Origin: a virus
Length of the DNA stretch: 64,000 nucleotides
Virus record (IMG/VR): IMGVR_UViG_3300027509_000002
Location: 1-64,000 of that record
Reading direction: 5' to 3' (one strand)
Numbering within the stretch: the first letter of the stretch is position 1; each line of letters begins with the position of its first letter. The notes below the pieces were generated by a model, which saw only the letters and a program-made list of their open reading frames with translations, searched no databases and was not told the DNA's origin. This document shows, piece by piece, positions 27,132-35,938 of this stretch. The translations under genes and the position numbers were made by a program.

Positions 27132-28003
27132 AAAAGATAGTCATTACACCCTCTATAACGAATTGGAGAATTAAGTCTGTGTATCGATACATGCAGGACC
27201 TACAAGACACTACTTCTAATACTAAAGCAGAAGAGCAGGCTTTATTTAAACGTCTTAGAGAGGATGGTGACGAGTCTGCTAGAGAGAATATTATAAAGTC
27301 TAACCTTAGATTTGTTATCACTGTAGCAAAGCAGTATCAGAATCAAGGTATATCTTTAGATGACTTAATTGCAGAGGGTAATGTGGGATTATTAGATGCC
27401 ATTGATAGATTTGATACGACTAAGGACTTAAAGTTTTTCTCGTATGCTGTATGGTGGATTAGATACTACATAACCTACGCCATAGCAAGACAAAGTAGAA
27501 TTGTTGCCTTACCTATGAATAAAATCAATAATATTGTGAAAATCAATAGACATATTGAAAGACGTGAGCAGGAATTAGGGAGAGCTGTGAAAAAAGGAGA
27601 TATAGAAGAAACTATTAAGCAAGATGTACCAACGATCACTACAGATGACTTCAATGTTTGTTATGGTGCTAGAGATAGATCTATTTCTTTAGATTCTACA
27701 CTATCTTCACAAGATGAGGTACATACGCTAGTAGATACAATGGAGAGTGAAGATATTTACTATAGAACAGAAGACCGTATCTTAAATAAGGACGTAAAGA
27801 CCAATCTCATGGAATTGTTAGAGACCTTACATGTCATTGAAAAAGATATTTTGTTGTGGCAATTTGAAATGAATAATCCATTCAAATGCATGAATGATAT
27901 TCTTATCACATATGCTTTAAGCAATAAGCAGTATAACTTTATTTACAATAGAGCTTTGGAAAAGTTAAAGAAATCAGGTAGGAGCTCACTCATTAAGAGA
28001 TAG
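27128..28003 (+). CDS. sigma-70 family RNA polymerase sigma factor
   Basis: Region 2 reads ENIIKSNLRFVITVAKQYQNQGISLDDLIAEGNVGLLDAIDRFD..FFSYAVWWIRYYI. A C-terminal region 4-like HTH is present. Confidence 0.85.
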   Translation: MKKIVITPSITNWRIKSVYRYMQDLQDTTSNTKAEEQALFKRLREDGDESARENIIKSNLRFVITVAKQYQNQGISLDDLIAEGNVGLLDAIDRFDTTKDLKFFSYAVWWIRYYITYAIARQSRIVALPMNKINNIVKINRHIERREQELGRAVKKGDIEETIKQDVPTITTDDFNVCYGARDRSISLDSTLSSQDEVHTLVDTMESEDIYYRTEDRILNKDVKTNLMELLETLHVIEKDILLWQFEMNNPFKCMNDILITYALSNKQYNFIYNRALEKLKKSGRSSLIKR

Positions 28004-28473
28004 TGGAGAAAAAAAAGACACATATCAGAGGCTTAGAGCAAAAAAAGCTGAATGACGATGTTATTTTGGACATTATGGACAAAAAAATTCGTGGTTACAC
28101 TATGAATGAGATGTTTTCTTGGTTCAATGAGCAATACCCAAAGCAATCGAAAGAGAACTTTAAGTCTTACTATAATCATGCCATTAGGAGAATTGTGCAT
28201 GTAGCATCTGAATTAACAGAAAATGTGATTAATCAGCATATTCACCTCTATGAGAAAATATATGGCGATTTTAGAGAGGTCAACAATGTAGATGGCATGA
28301 TGCGAACATTAAATGCTAAAGAAAAACTAATGGGGTTTCACTCCAATGTATATCAATTCAGTGTAAATAACATCTTAGGTGAAAAAGAAGAGGAATTAAG
28401 GTTCGATTTTTCTAAACTATCTTCTAAAGATCAAAAGAGAATATCAGAACTATTACAAAAAGCGGTTGTATAA
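28003..28473 (+). CDS. HTH-containing protein, small-terminase-like candidate, paralog of 1757-2671
   Basis: The N-terminus is HTH-like (DIMDKKIRGYTMNEMFSWF). AKEKLMGFH..V.NN..DFSKLS is shared with the 1757 product. It sits three genes upstream of portal. Confidence 0.35.
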   Translation: MEKKKTHIRGLEQKKLNDDVILDIMDKKIRGYTMNEMFSWFNEQYPKQSKENFKSYYNHAIRRIVHVASELTENVINQHIHLYEKIYGDFREVNNVDGMMRTLNAKEKLMGFHSNVYQFSVNNILGEKEEELRFDFSKLSSKDQKRISELLQKAVV

Positions 28474-28688
28474 TGACAAAGACTATTAAAAAAAGACGAG
28501 CAATACAATTAAAGATTGCTGACATGATGGATGACTCTGTTTATACAGACATCACATCAGAGGAATTACTAACTAAATTAAAATACAATATGGAACTAGA
28601 CCCACTATTGAAGGCCAACAAGCATGATGTAGAGGAAGTTCAGAATATTGTTCAATCATTGTGGCATAAAATAGAAGAAATCAAATGA
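28473..28688 (+). CDS. hypothetical protein
   Basis: ORF track. Start overlaps the previous stop. Confidence 0.5.
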   Translation: MTKTIKKRRAIQLKIADMMDDSVYTDITSEELLTKLKYNMELDPLLKANKHDVEEVQNIVQSLWHKIEEIK

Positions 28689-29140
28689 GCAAAAAGATAT
28701 TAATACCAGGCAAGGAAAACGTCATCAAAGAACAAGAACCCTTAATAGAAGATGCACAGGTCATAGCAGAGAACACAGAAGCTAAAACAGAAATGACAAT
28801 GGATCAAATTGTACAAGGGTACAAAGAAAAGGCATATGAGCTTCAAAAAGAGTTCCCTAATTGGTTTACGGTAACTCGTTTCATTAAAGATTTCTTTTCG
28901 CCTCCACCTAGCTTATCACCAAAGCAAAAAAAAGAGATGGAGAATCAAGCATTGGCAATTTTAGAGCAATTCAAATATATGAGTGTTATGGTGTCAAAGA
29001 ATGATACCAGTGATCAATTTAGGACTAAATATAAATTTGATATTGAGAAAAAAGAACTAAAGGTGCTTTTAGAAAAGGAGCTTGAAGAAACAAAAAGGCT
29101 TGTAAAAAGGCTAAAAGAGCGTTTAAAGGGACTATCTTAA
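28685..29140 (+). CDS. hypothetical coiled-coil protein
   Basis: ORF track. ATGA overlap with the previous ORF. Confidence 0.5.
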   Translation: MSKKILIPGKENVIKEQEPLIEDAQVIAENTEAKTEMTMDQIVQGYKEKAYELQKEFPNWFTVTRFIKDFFSPPPSLSPKQKKEMENQALAILEQFKYMSVMVSKNDTSDQFRTKYKFDIEKKELKVLLEKELEETKRLVKRLKERLKGLS

Positions 29141-29154
29141 ATGGCTGTATTTGT

Positions 29155-29163
29155 TATTTTTAT
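29155..29163 (+). promoter_or_regulatory. promoter-like TATTTTTAT box (context TTTGTTATTTTTATAAAT)
   Basis: 18 nt upstream of the portal ATG. Confidence 0.3.
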
Positions 29164-29180
29164 AAATAACCACACGTATT

Positions 29181-30776
29181 ATGGATAGCGAACAAAAAAA
29201 ATTTTCTTCTAAGATTGATGAACTGCGAGATAAAGAGGAAAAACTAAAAATTGAAAAATCTTTAGTTTTAAAAAATGCTCTACATAGTCAGGATGTAGTT
29301 GAAATCCAAAAGGCTCAAAATTACATTTCTTCTGTTTCTGATAAGAAAACGACTACTTCAAATAAGTCGTTACTTATTGATCCACAGGCTGTTACGTCAA
29401 ATGGTTTCTTAGATAAGAACTATCGTGTTTCCTACAATGTACTTAGAAATATGGCCAAAGTGCCAATTATTAAGGCTATTATTGAAACACGTAAGGAGCA
29501 AGTATTGTCTTTTTGTGAACCACAGAAAAACAAGTATTCTGTAGGGTTTGTTGTAAAGCCAAAAGATCATGACGAATCTAAAGACTTGTCCAAAGCACAG
29601 CAGTCACGAATTAAGGAATTGACATCTTTTATTCTTAACTGTGGTGACAAGGCGAATACATTTCATGGTGATACATTCAATTCTTTTACTAGGAAATTTA
29701 TGGATGACTCACTTACTTTAGATCAGGGTACATGGGAAAATGTTTATGCTAGAAGTGGTAAGGAGCTGGTGGAATTTATGGCTACAGATGGTGCTACATA
29801 TAGAATTGCCGATTCCTTTAATGACGAGTCAAGGCATAAAGAAAAATTGGTTAGAGGCTATCTACCGTATTACGTGCAGGTTTACAATGGTGCTATATCA
29901 GCCGAGTTTTACCCATGGGAGCTTACATTTGCTGTAAGAAACCCACAAAGTAACATATATAGCTTTGGTTACGGTAAGAGTGAGCTAGAAGATCTGATTT
30001 CAACTGTTACCAGTATCATTAATGCTGATTCGTATAATTCAAACTATTTTAAAGTAGGAGCTAATCCAAAAGGTATCTTAAAGGTATCTGGAAACATATC
30101 TACTTCACGTTTAGAGGAATTCAAGAATCACTGGCAAAGTCAGGTTGCAGGTGTACGAAATGCACACAAATTACCAGTTATAGAAGCTGATAAGATGGAC
30201 TTCATTAGTACGCAGACCAACAATAAAGACATGGAGTACGGCAAATACCAAGAGTATTTGATCAAATTGGCTTGTGCAGCTTATAAGATAGATCCATCAG
30301 AGGTAGGTTTTCCTATGAGTGGATCAAGTGATTCAGCACCAATGTTTGAGGGTAACAATGAAGCTAGATTAAAGTATTCTAAAGATAAAGGGTTAAAGCC
30401 TCTATTAAAGTTCTATCAGCATTATTTGAATAGAAACATAATGGAGATTAAAGATCCAAATTATGAGATAGAGTTTGTTGGTTTAGATGCTGAGACACCT
30501 GAGCAGGAGCTTGAAAAGAACATTAAAGAGGTTTCTAACTATAAAACAGTCAATGAGGTTCGTAAGTCCGTGGGATTAGATCCGTTAGACGATGGCGACA
30601 TTATTTTGAATCCAGTGATGCTACAAGCAAAGCAGATGGCCATGATGGGCGATGAAGAATCGAATGACTACATGGATGAGTCAGGAGATATGGGCATGGA
30701 TAGTTTAGGAGAGGAAGAAGAAAATCCATTTATGAAGGCCATACAGGTGGAAACAGATCGTATTTTAAGTGAGTAA
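29181..30776 (+). CDS. portal protein
   Basis: 531 aa. The core YFKVGANPKGILKVSG..EEFKNHWQSQVAGVRNAHKLPVIE..YQEYLIKLACAAYKIDPSEVGF is typical of portal families. Acidic C-terminus. Confidence 0.75.
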   Translation: MDSEQKKFSSKIDELRDKEEKLKIEKSLVLKNALHSQDVVEIQKAQNYISSVSDKKTTTSNKSLLIDPQAVTSNGFLDKNYRVSYNVLRNMAKVPIIKAIIETRKEQVLSFCEPQKNKYSVGFVVKPKDHDESKDLSKAQQSRIKELTSFILNCGDKANTFHGDTFNSFTRKFMDDSLTLDQGTWENVYARSGKELVEFMATDGATYRIADSFNDESRHKEKLVRGYLPYYVQVYNGAISAEFYPWELTFAVRNPQSNIYSFGYGKSELEDLISTVTSIINADSYNSNYFKVGANPKGILKVSGNISTSRLEEFKNHWQSQVAGVRNAHKLPVIEADKMDFISTQTNNKDMEYGKYQEYLIKLACAAYKIDPSEVGFPMSGSSDSAPMFEGNNEARLKYSKDKGLKPLLKFYQHYLNRNIMEIKDPNYEIEFVGLDAETPEQELEKNIKEVSNYKTVNEVRKSVGLDPLDDGDIILNPVMLQAKQMAMMGDEESNDYMDESGDMGMDSLGEEEENPFMKAIQVETDRILSE

Positions 30777-31125
30777 GCTAGGCATTAAGGACATATTGAT
30801 TATTGTCATGGCTATTGGACTCATTTATTTATTCTGGACAAATCGCAAGTTTGATAAGGAAAGAGATATGCGAAGCGAAGAAGTGCGAAAAGCAAAAGAA
30901 TCTGCTGCTTTTTTTGATGAACAGCTTATTTATTTGGATTCATTAATCGTATTAAATCAATCCCAATTTGAGCAAGCACAGATTGCCATAGATAGTTTAC
31001 AAACTAAAAAGAGAAAAAATGAAATCATATATGCACCTAAATACATTGAAATACGCAACAGTAATGCTACTACTATTGACAAGCTTTTTGAAGACATATT
31101 CACAAGGCACGGTATTGAGCACTAA
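30769..31125 (+). CDS. N-terminal TM plus coiled-coil protein
   Basis: GTG start overlapping the portal stop. TM segment ILIIVMAIGLIYLFW followed by a charged helical region. Confidence 0.45.
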   Translation: MSKLGIKDILIIVMAIGLIYLFWTNRKFDKERDMRSEEVRKAKESAAFFDEQLIYLDSLIVLNQSQFEQAQIAIDSLQTKKRKNEIIYAPKYIEIRNSNATTIDKLFEDIFTRHGIEH

Positions 31126-31459
31126 TGGTGATACATTAAAAGCATTTACCATGAATCAATCTAGGTTTTTGGCTGAAAGCGTAGTTCACTTAGAGCACTG
31201 CGAACAAGATTTGGCGATTTCAGACTCTATCATAGTTGAAAAAAATAAGCAAATTCTTAATGTCATGGATTTTTACCAATTCGAGAAAAATAAGTTTGAA
31301 GGAATGGAAAAGGTGGCAGGAAACTATATTGCTTTATCTCAAACATTAGATTTAGACAATAAGAAAAATACTAAAAAGATTAATAGAAAAAATTCTTGGT
31401 TAAAAATCATGTTTGGAGCACTTGTGGCACAAACAGTATACATAGTTGTTGGCAAATAA
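31019..31459 (+). CDS. protein with signal-like N-terminus and C-terminal TM
   Basis: Overlaps the previous ORF by about 100 nt in another frame. ATVMLLLLTSFLKTYSQG is signal-like. C-terminal TM is IMFGALVAQTVYIVVG. Confidence 0.4.
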   Translation: MKSYMHLNTLKYATVMLLLLTSFLKTYSQGTVLSTNGDTLKAFTMNQSRFLAESVVHLEHCEQDLAISDSIIVEKNKQILNVMDFYQFEKNKFEGMEKVAGNYIALSQTLDLDNKKNTKKINRKNSWLKIMFGALVAQTVYIVVGK

Positions 31460-31692
31460 TGATTGATCCACTTCAAATAGGAGGTTTTAAGGCATCTAAA
31501 GATGAAAATGGTAATTGGATATACAAGGCATCCACTAATGCCATTAAACCTAAGAAAAAGCCACAGTATAAAGATAAGCCACAGTTTCCAGTAATTGCTC
31601 AATATGAAGCGTTTGAAAAAAAGCAGATGGAACAGAATATTGAGGTGATGGCCAAGGAAATATTAAAATATTTAAAAAAGTATTCTAAATAA
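31459..31692 (+). CDS. hypothetical basic protein (77 aa)
   Basis: Start set to ATG 31459 (TAATG overlap with the previous stop) rather than the alternative start at 31396. Confidence 0.4.
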   Translation: MIDPLQIGGFKASKDENGNWIYKASTNAIKPKKKPQYKDKPQFPVIAQYEAFEKKQMEQNIEVMAKEILKYLKKYSK

Positions 31693-31697
31693 TCGTT

Positions 31698-32645
31698 ATG
31701 TCTAGTATCTTAAATCCAGATCAAATCAATGAATTGTTGTCTATTATAGAAAGACAAAACATTGTTATGTTTTCCAACAAGTTTGGCAAAGATTTTTTAA
31801 ATCAAGAGCAACAACTAATGCTAAATGCCATGGGTGTAGATTTAGAAAATCAATACGATGCTACAAAAGATGTCGCTAAGATGTCTTTTCATTTGGGTAT
31901 GTTAAGTGAAGTAATAAAAGATACCGATTTAGAAAACCTGAACTTTGAGCACTTAAAGGAATATATCTCATCAGGTAAAAATATTCCATTAAACAAGGAA
32001 CAGCAGTTTGCACTAAAGAGTATTAAAAACCAATATTTAGGAGACATAAAGGCTAATGGTAACAGAATATTCTCTGACATTAACAATGTACTGGTGAATG
32101 CTGAAAAAGAAAATAGAGATGCTTACGAGAAAATAATACGAGATGAAATAGAGCAGGGTTTTTTAGATAAGAAAACTGTTTCTGAAATTGCACGTGATTT
32201 AGCACGTATGACAGGTGATTGGAATCGTAACTTTAGAAGAATGGTGGATTTTATCATGCATACTGCATACTCAGAGGGCAGGGCAGAGTATTTAAGAATG
32301 GAATACGGAGACGATGTGTTAGTGTGGGTACGTGTTTTTAATGGAGCTTGTAAGATCTGTAATAAGCTATATAAGAAGCCGAGAACAGGAGAGCCTAAAT
32401 TATTTAAGTTGTCTGAATTGAGAGCCAATGGAAATAATATAGGGTTTAAGCAAAAGGATTGGAAAGAGGTTGTGCCACCAATGCATCCACATTGTAGATG
32501 CTTATTAGAAAGATATGACGGTAAGTATAAGTGGAATAAAAAAACAAAGGATTTTACAGACGAAAACGAGAATTGGAAACCGCAACGCACAATAGATAGG
32601 CCAAAAGCCACTATTACTATTGGGGATGTAACTTATAAAGTATAG
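31698..32645 (+). CDS. MuF / SPP1 gp7-like minor head (morphogenesis) protein
   Basis: The C-terminal signature VVPPMHPHCRCLLERY is typical of the Mu F family. It lies downstream of portal. Confidence 0.75.
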   Translation: MSSILNPDQINELLSIIERQNIVMFSNKFGKDFLNQEQQLMLNAMGVDLENQYDATKDVAKMSFHLGMLSEVIKDTDLENLNFEHLKEYISSGKNIPLNKEQQFALKSIKNQYLGDIKANGNRIFSDINNVLVNAEKENRDAYEKIIRDEIEQGFLDKKTVSEIARDLARMTGDWNRNFRRMVDFIMHTAYSEGRAEYLRMEYGDDVLVWVRVFNGACKICNKLYKKPRTGEPKLFKLSELRANGNNIGFKQKDWKEVVPPMHPHCRCLLERYDGKYKWNKKTKDFTDENENWKPQRTIDRPKATITIGDVTYKV

Positions 32646-32694
32646 TGGAGACTTATAAAAGGATAATCGGTTTATTAACTAAAACAAATGAATT

Positions 32695-33102
32695 ATGGGT
32701 ATAGTGTTATTTTTCGTATCAATCGCTTTATTGGCGTTATTGATAATTCCAGGTTTTGTAGCAAGTGTGATCATTATGATCGTACACGCAACAAAAGGAA
32801 AATTTTTAAAGATGTTTTGGAAACAAACGAATGATCTATTTATGGCAGGTGCTATAAGTGTAGATGTTTTCGGCAATGTTTTCTTTCAGCATTTATTTGA
32901 CATTGCTCTTATTAAAAAAGGAGGCTATCGCTTTGGTAGATTGGGTGAAACAATTTCAAGTGCTCTTGGTAAAAACAAAGAGCTAGACAAGCTAGAGTGG
33001 TTCGGCAAGTTATTAGCTAACACATTAGACTGGTTAGATCCAAATCACTGTATTAAGTCCATACAGCCCTTTGATGACGATGATCAACGAATTAGAAAAT
33101 AA
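32695..33102 (+). CDS. membrane protein
   Basis: N-terminal hydrophobic segment IVLFFVSIALLALLIIPGFVASVIIMIV. Confidence 0.5.
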   Translation: MGIVLFFVSIALLALLIIPGFVASVIIMIVHATKGKFLKMFWKQTNDLFMAGAISVDVFGNVFFQHLFDIALIKKGGYRFGRLGETISSALGKNKELDKLEWFGKLLANTLDWLDPNHCIKSIQPFDDDDQRIRK

Positions 33103-33113
33103 GCAATGCAATA

Positions 33114-33140
33114 AGAGGAAAGAAACATTCCTCTTTTTTT
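33114..33140 (+). terminator. Rho-independent terminator
   Basis: AGAGGAA, a 7-nt loop, TTCCTCT, then a T run. Confidence 0.65.
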
Positions 33141-33202
33141 ATACAAAAAATTCTTGAATAATAAAAATTTTATATATATTGACTTGTAATTAAAAAATTC
33201 GT

Positions 33203-34759
33203 ATGAAGTTCAAACAGTTAAAGCCCGAAGACATTAAATTAATTAAAGACACTCATTCGGATAATACGTTACCGTGGGATGAAAGATTAAGGACATTGTG
33301 TGACAAATTTGGGGTCACTCAAAGATCTATTAGGAGGTGGACAAGCAAATTAGAGTTAACTAAGCCCACTGCAAAAGACCCAAAGCAGTTAAAAGATGCT
33401 AAGAAAAAGAAATTCAATAAAAAATCTCAGTTTTTTATTATTACTTGGGCACAAAACGATACACCTGTGCACGATTTGTTTTTTGATAACATTACAGCAT
33501 ATGCGAATCACTTAGAAGCCGAGATACATGTGATGGCAGGCAGATACAAAAACCCTACATCTGTGTTCTCTGATAAGAATCATGATTCTTGGGCAAACAG
33601 GCTCACACCCTATTTAGATGCCAGCAGACACAATGTACATAAATATATGTCTATTATGAGTGATGTTAAGATCCAGCCTACAGCAGTCAATCCACTTTCG
33701 GGTATGGCAGCAATGAGTAAGGAGAATTCGTGCATATATGGACACCCAAAGGTACAGATGGAGACCTTACCTGTTTTAAATGGCATGCACCCAAAAATGA
33801 TGTTCACCACTGGATCATGTACTGTAGCTAATTATACGGATTCAAAGGCAGGCAAAAAGGGAGAATTTTATCATGAGCTTGGATTTGTGGTTGTAGAAAT
33901 AAAAGATAAAAAGAGGTTCTTTGTTCGTCAAGTGGTAGCAGACAAGAAAACTGGTGCATTTACTGATTTACATTCATATGTTTCTGCTGGATCAATACAA
34001 AAAAACGAAGCGGTTGATGCACTTATAATGGGTGATTTGCACATTGGAGACCATGATCAGCAGGTAATAGATGCTACAGATTCTATTATTGCAGATTTAA
34101 AGCCAAAATATATTATTGCACATGATATACAAGACGGTAAGTCTGTGAATCCTCATGAACAGGAAGATCCATTTTTGAGATATAAAAGAGAAATTAGCAA
34201 TGATAACGATTTAGAAAAAGAAATTGAAGCAATGCTGGACTTCTTAGCGAAATATGAAGATCAAAATGTCGTGATCGTTAGATCTAATCATGACGATTTT
34301 ATAGATAGGTATCTAAAAAAGCAGGATTGGAAAAAAGACATTAAGAACTCTTTGTCTTATATGAAGTATGCTCAGCTATTATTAGAAGACAAAGCCCCAA
34401 AGGGTGTCGTGCCATATTTAATAGAGCAAAGATTTCCTCACTTTAAAACACTTGGTTTAAACGACTCTTTTAGGGTTAATGGATGGGAACTATCACAGCA
34501 TGGCCACATTGGCTCTAATGGAAGCAGAGGGGGTATTCAGCAGTTCAGGAAACTAAATACTAAAATGATTACTGGCCACACGCATTCAGCACAAAGAAAA
34601 GATGGTGTAGTAACGGTTGGAACTTCTACAAAATTAAGAGTAGGTTATAATAATGGAGCAAGTGGATGGATTCATGCTCATGGGCTATTGCATCCAGATG
34701 GTAAGGTACAGCACATTTTCTTCTTTGATGGAGAATATACTATGTTATCTGCCAATTAG
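33203..34759 (+). CDS. HTH plus calcineurin-like metallophosphoesterase
   Basis: N-terminal HTH-like CDKFGVTQRSIRRWTSK. C-terminal motifs LIMGDLHIGDHD, AHDIQDG, VRSNHDDF, SQHGHIG and ITGHTHS. Confidence 0.7.
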   Translation: MKFKQLKPEDIKLIKDTHSDNTLPWDERLRTLCDKFGVTQRSIRRWTSKLELTKPTAKDPKQLKDAKKKKFNKKSQFFIITWAQNDTPVHDLFFDNITAYANHLEAEIHVMAGRYKNPTSVFSDKNHDSWANRLTPYLDASRHNVHKYMSIMSDVKIQPTAVNPLSGMAAMSKENSCIYGHPKVQMETLPVLNGMHPKMMFTTGSCTVANYTDSKAGKKGEFYHELGFVVVEIKDKKRFFVRQVVADKKTGAFTDLHSYVSAGSIQKNEAVDALIMGDLHIGDHDQQVIDATDSIIADLKPKYIIAHDIQDGKSVNPHEQEDPFLRYKREISNDNDLEKEIEAMLDFLAKYEDQNVVIVRSNHDDFIDRYLKKQDWKKDIKNSLSYMKYAQLLLEDKAPKGVVPYLIEQRFPHFKTLGLNDSFRVNGWELSQHGHIGSNGSRGGIQQFRKLNTKMITGHTHSAQRKDGVVTVGTSTKLRVGYNNGASGWIHAHGLLHPDGKVQHIFFFDGEYTMLSAN

Positions 34760-34760
34760 T

Positions 34761-34769
34761 TATTTTTAT
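34761..34769 (+). promoter_or_regulatory. promoter-like TATTTTTAT box
   Basis: Ends 4 nt before ATG 34774. Confidence 0.3.
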
Positions 34770-34773
34770 ATTA

Positions 34774-34995
34774 ATGGAAAAAGTTCAAGAACATATCCAC
34801 ACCGCATCTTGTAATTATCGTGCTACGACTCCTTTGTTTTGGAGAAAATTGGGTGATGCTTTGCTAGGCGTACATGCTACCATCACAGCAGCAGCCATTT
34901 ACAATGAAGAACATTGGTTGGCATATACTGCGTTAGGTATTGGTGTAGTGGGAAAGTTTTTAACAGACTTCTTTAAAGAAAAAAACGGACAATAA
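34774..34995 (+). CDS. small membrane protein (holin-like size)
   Basis: 73 aa with two hydrophobic segments, ALLGVHATITAAAIY and LAYTALGIGVVGKFL. Confidence 0.4.
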   Translation: MEKVQEHIHTASCNYRATTPLFWRKLGDALLGVHATITAAAIYNEEHWLAYTALGIGVVGKFLTDFFKEKNGQ

Positions 34996-35010
34996 ACAAT
35001 TTAATATACT

Positions 35011-35319
35011 ATGAAAGATTTAAGATTTAGAGGCGAAATAGGCTCAGATTCAATTAACGTAACATTTAGATGTAATACGTTCAGTGAAACACAGGATAAT
35101 TTAACCATTGTTGCTATCACTGAGGGTGAAGCATTTAATGCAAATGATATAAATTCAGATGTAGTTTTGAGACATTTTGGTAATTTCAAACCAGGATGGG
35201 CTTCTTTAAAAGATATGAAAGATTTTGCAACAGCAAATTCTTTAGATCTTTATATCTCTGATCCAAACGGAGACGGCAAGATCGTACTGGTAGATGGTTC
35301 TGCTAGTATCAGTGAGTAA
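35011..35319 (+). CDS. hypothetical protein
   Basis: ORF track. Confidence 0.5.
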   Translation: MKDLRFRGEIGSDSINVTFRCNTFSETQDNLTIVAITEGEAFNANDINSDVVLRHFGNFKPGWASLKDMKDFATANSLDLYISDPNGDGKIVLVDGSASISE

Positions 35320-35345
35320 TCACTAATCTGTTTTTTTATTTCATA

Positions 35346-35381
35346 AGGAGGGCTAGTTGTTCATGCAACTGCCCTCTTTTT
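35346..35381 (+). terminator. hairpin terminator
   Basis: AGGAGGGC, a 17-nt loop, GCCCTCTT, then T-rich sequence. It overlaps the 5' extension of the track ORF 35357. Confidence 0.5.
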
Positions 35382-35384
35382 ATT

Positions 35385-35393
35385 TATTTTTAT
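35385..35393 (+). promoter_or_regulatory. promoter-like TATTTTTAT box
   Basis: Ends 2 nt before ATG 35396. Confidence 0.3.
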
Positions 35394-35395
35394 AT

Positions 35396-35938
35396 ATGAT
35401 TTGGTATTTTACGCCTTACGGAATCGATAAGGACTTAGGAAAAGCATATAATCAATATGCTAAATTGGTAACAGACAAAGACGATTGGATTTGTTTTTTA
35501 GATGCAGACACGTGTATAGGGCTTGTGCCTAAGTTTGGGCATGTATTGCAGGAAATAGTAGACTTATATCCCGATACAGGCTTATTTACATCCTACGCCT
35601 CTAGGATTGGCAATAAGCAACAAAGATTTGCAGGTAAAATAAGTGAAGATCCAAACATATTGAATCATAAAAAAATAGCCAAGTCTCAGGTTCATCACTA
35701 TAAAACGAGAGTAAAAGAACTGAATAAGATTATTTCAGGGCATTTAATGATGGTTAAGAAGTCAACTTGGGATGCCATTGGTGGAGCACCCGAAGGAATT
35801 GGTATTTTATCCATTGACAATTGGATTAGTAAAAGAATATTGCGTTCAGGTAAAAATATTTTGCTCATGGAGGGCATTTATTTGTTTCACTTTTACAGAT
35901 TAGATACTGGAAAACAAGACAAAAGCCATTTACTATGA
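35396..35938 (+). CDS. GT-A (family 2-like) glycosyltransferase
   Basis: DxD motif WICFLDADTC, and LMMVKKSTWDAIGG typical of GT2. Start moved to ATG 35396, downstream of the hairpin. Confidence 0.5.
   Translation: MIWYFTPYGIDKDLGKAYNQYAKLVTDKDDWICFLDADTCIGLVPKFGHVLQEIVDLYPDTGLFTSYASRIGNKQQRFAGKISEDPNILNHKKIAKSQVHHYKTRVKELNKIISGHLMMVKKSTWDAIGGAPEGIGILSIDNWISKRILRSGKNILLMEGIYLFHFYRLDTGKQDKSHLL

Noticed and set aside
31019-31459. An o-spanin (outer-membrane lipoprotein) call for the embedded ORF.
   Set aside because: No lipobox Cys follows the signal-like segment, and the protein has a C-terminal TM helix. Only the overlapping arrangement is spanin-like.
32123-32611. 162-aa minus-strand ORF opposite the MuF-like gene.
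   Set aside because: The plus-strand ORF carries the diagnostic PPMHPHCRC MuF signature. The antisense product is low complexity and would sit alone on the wrong strand of a long operon.
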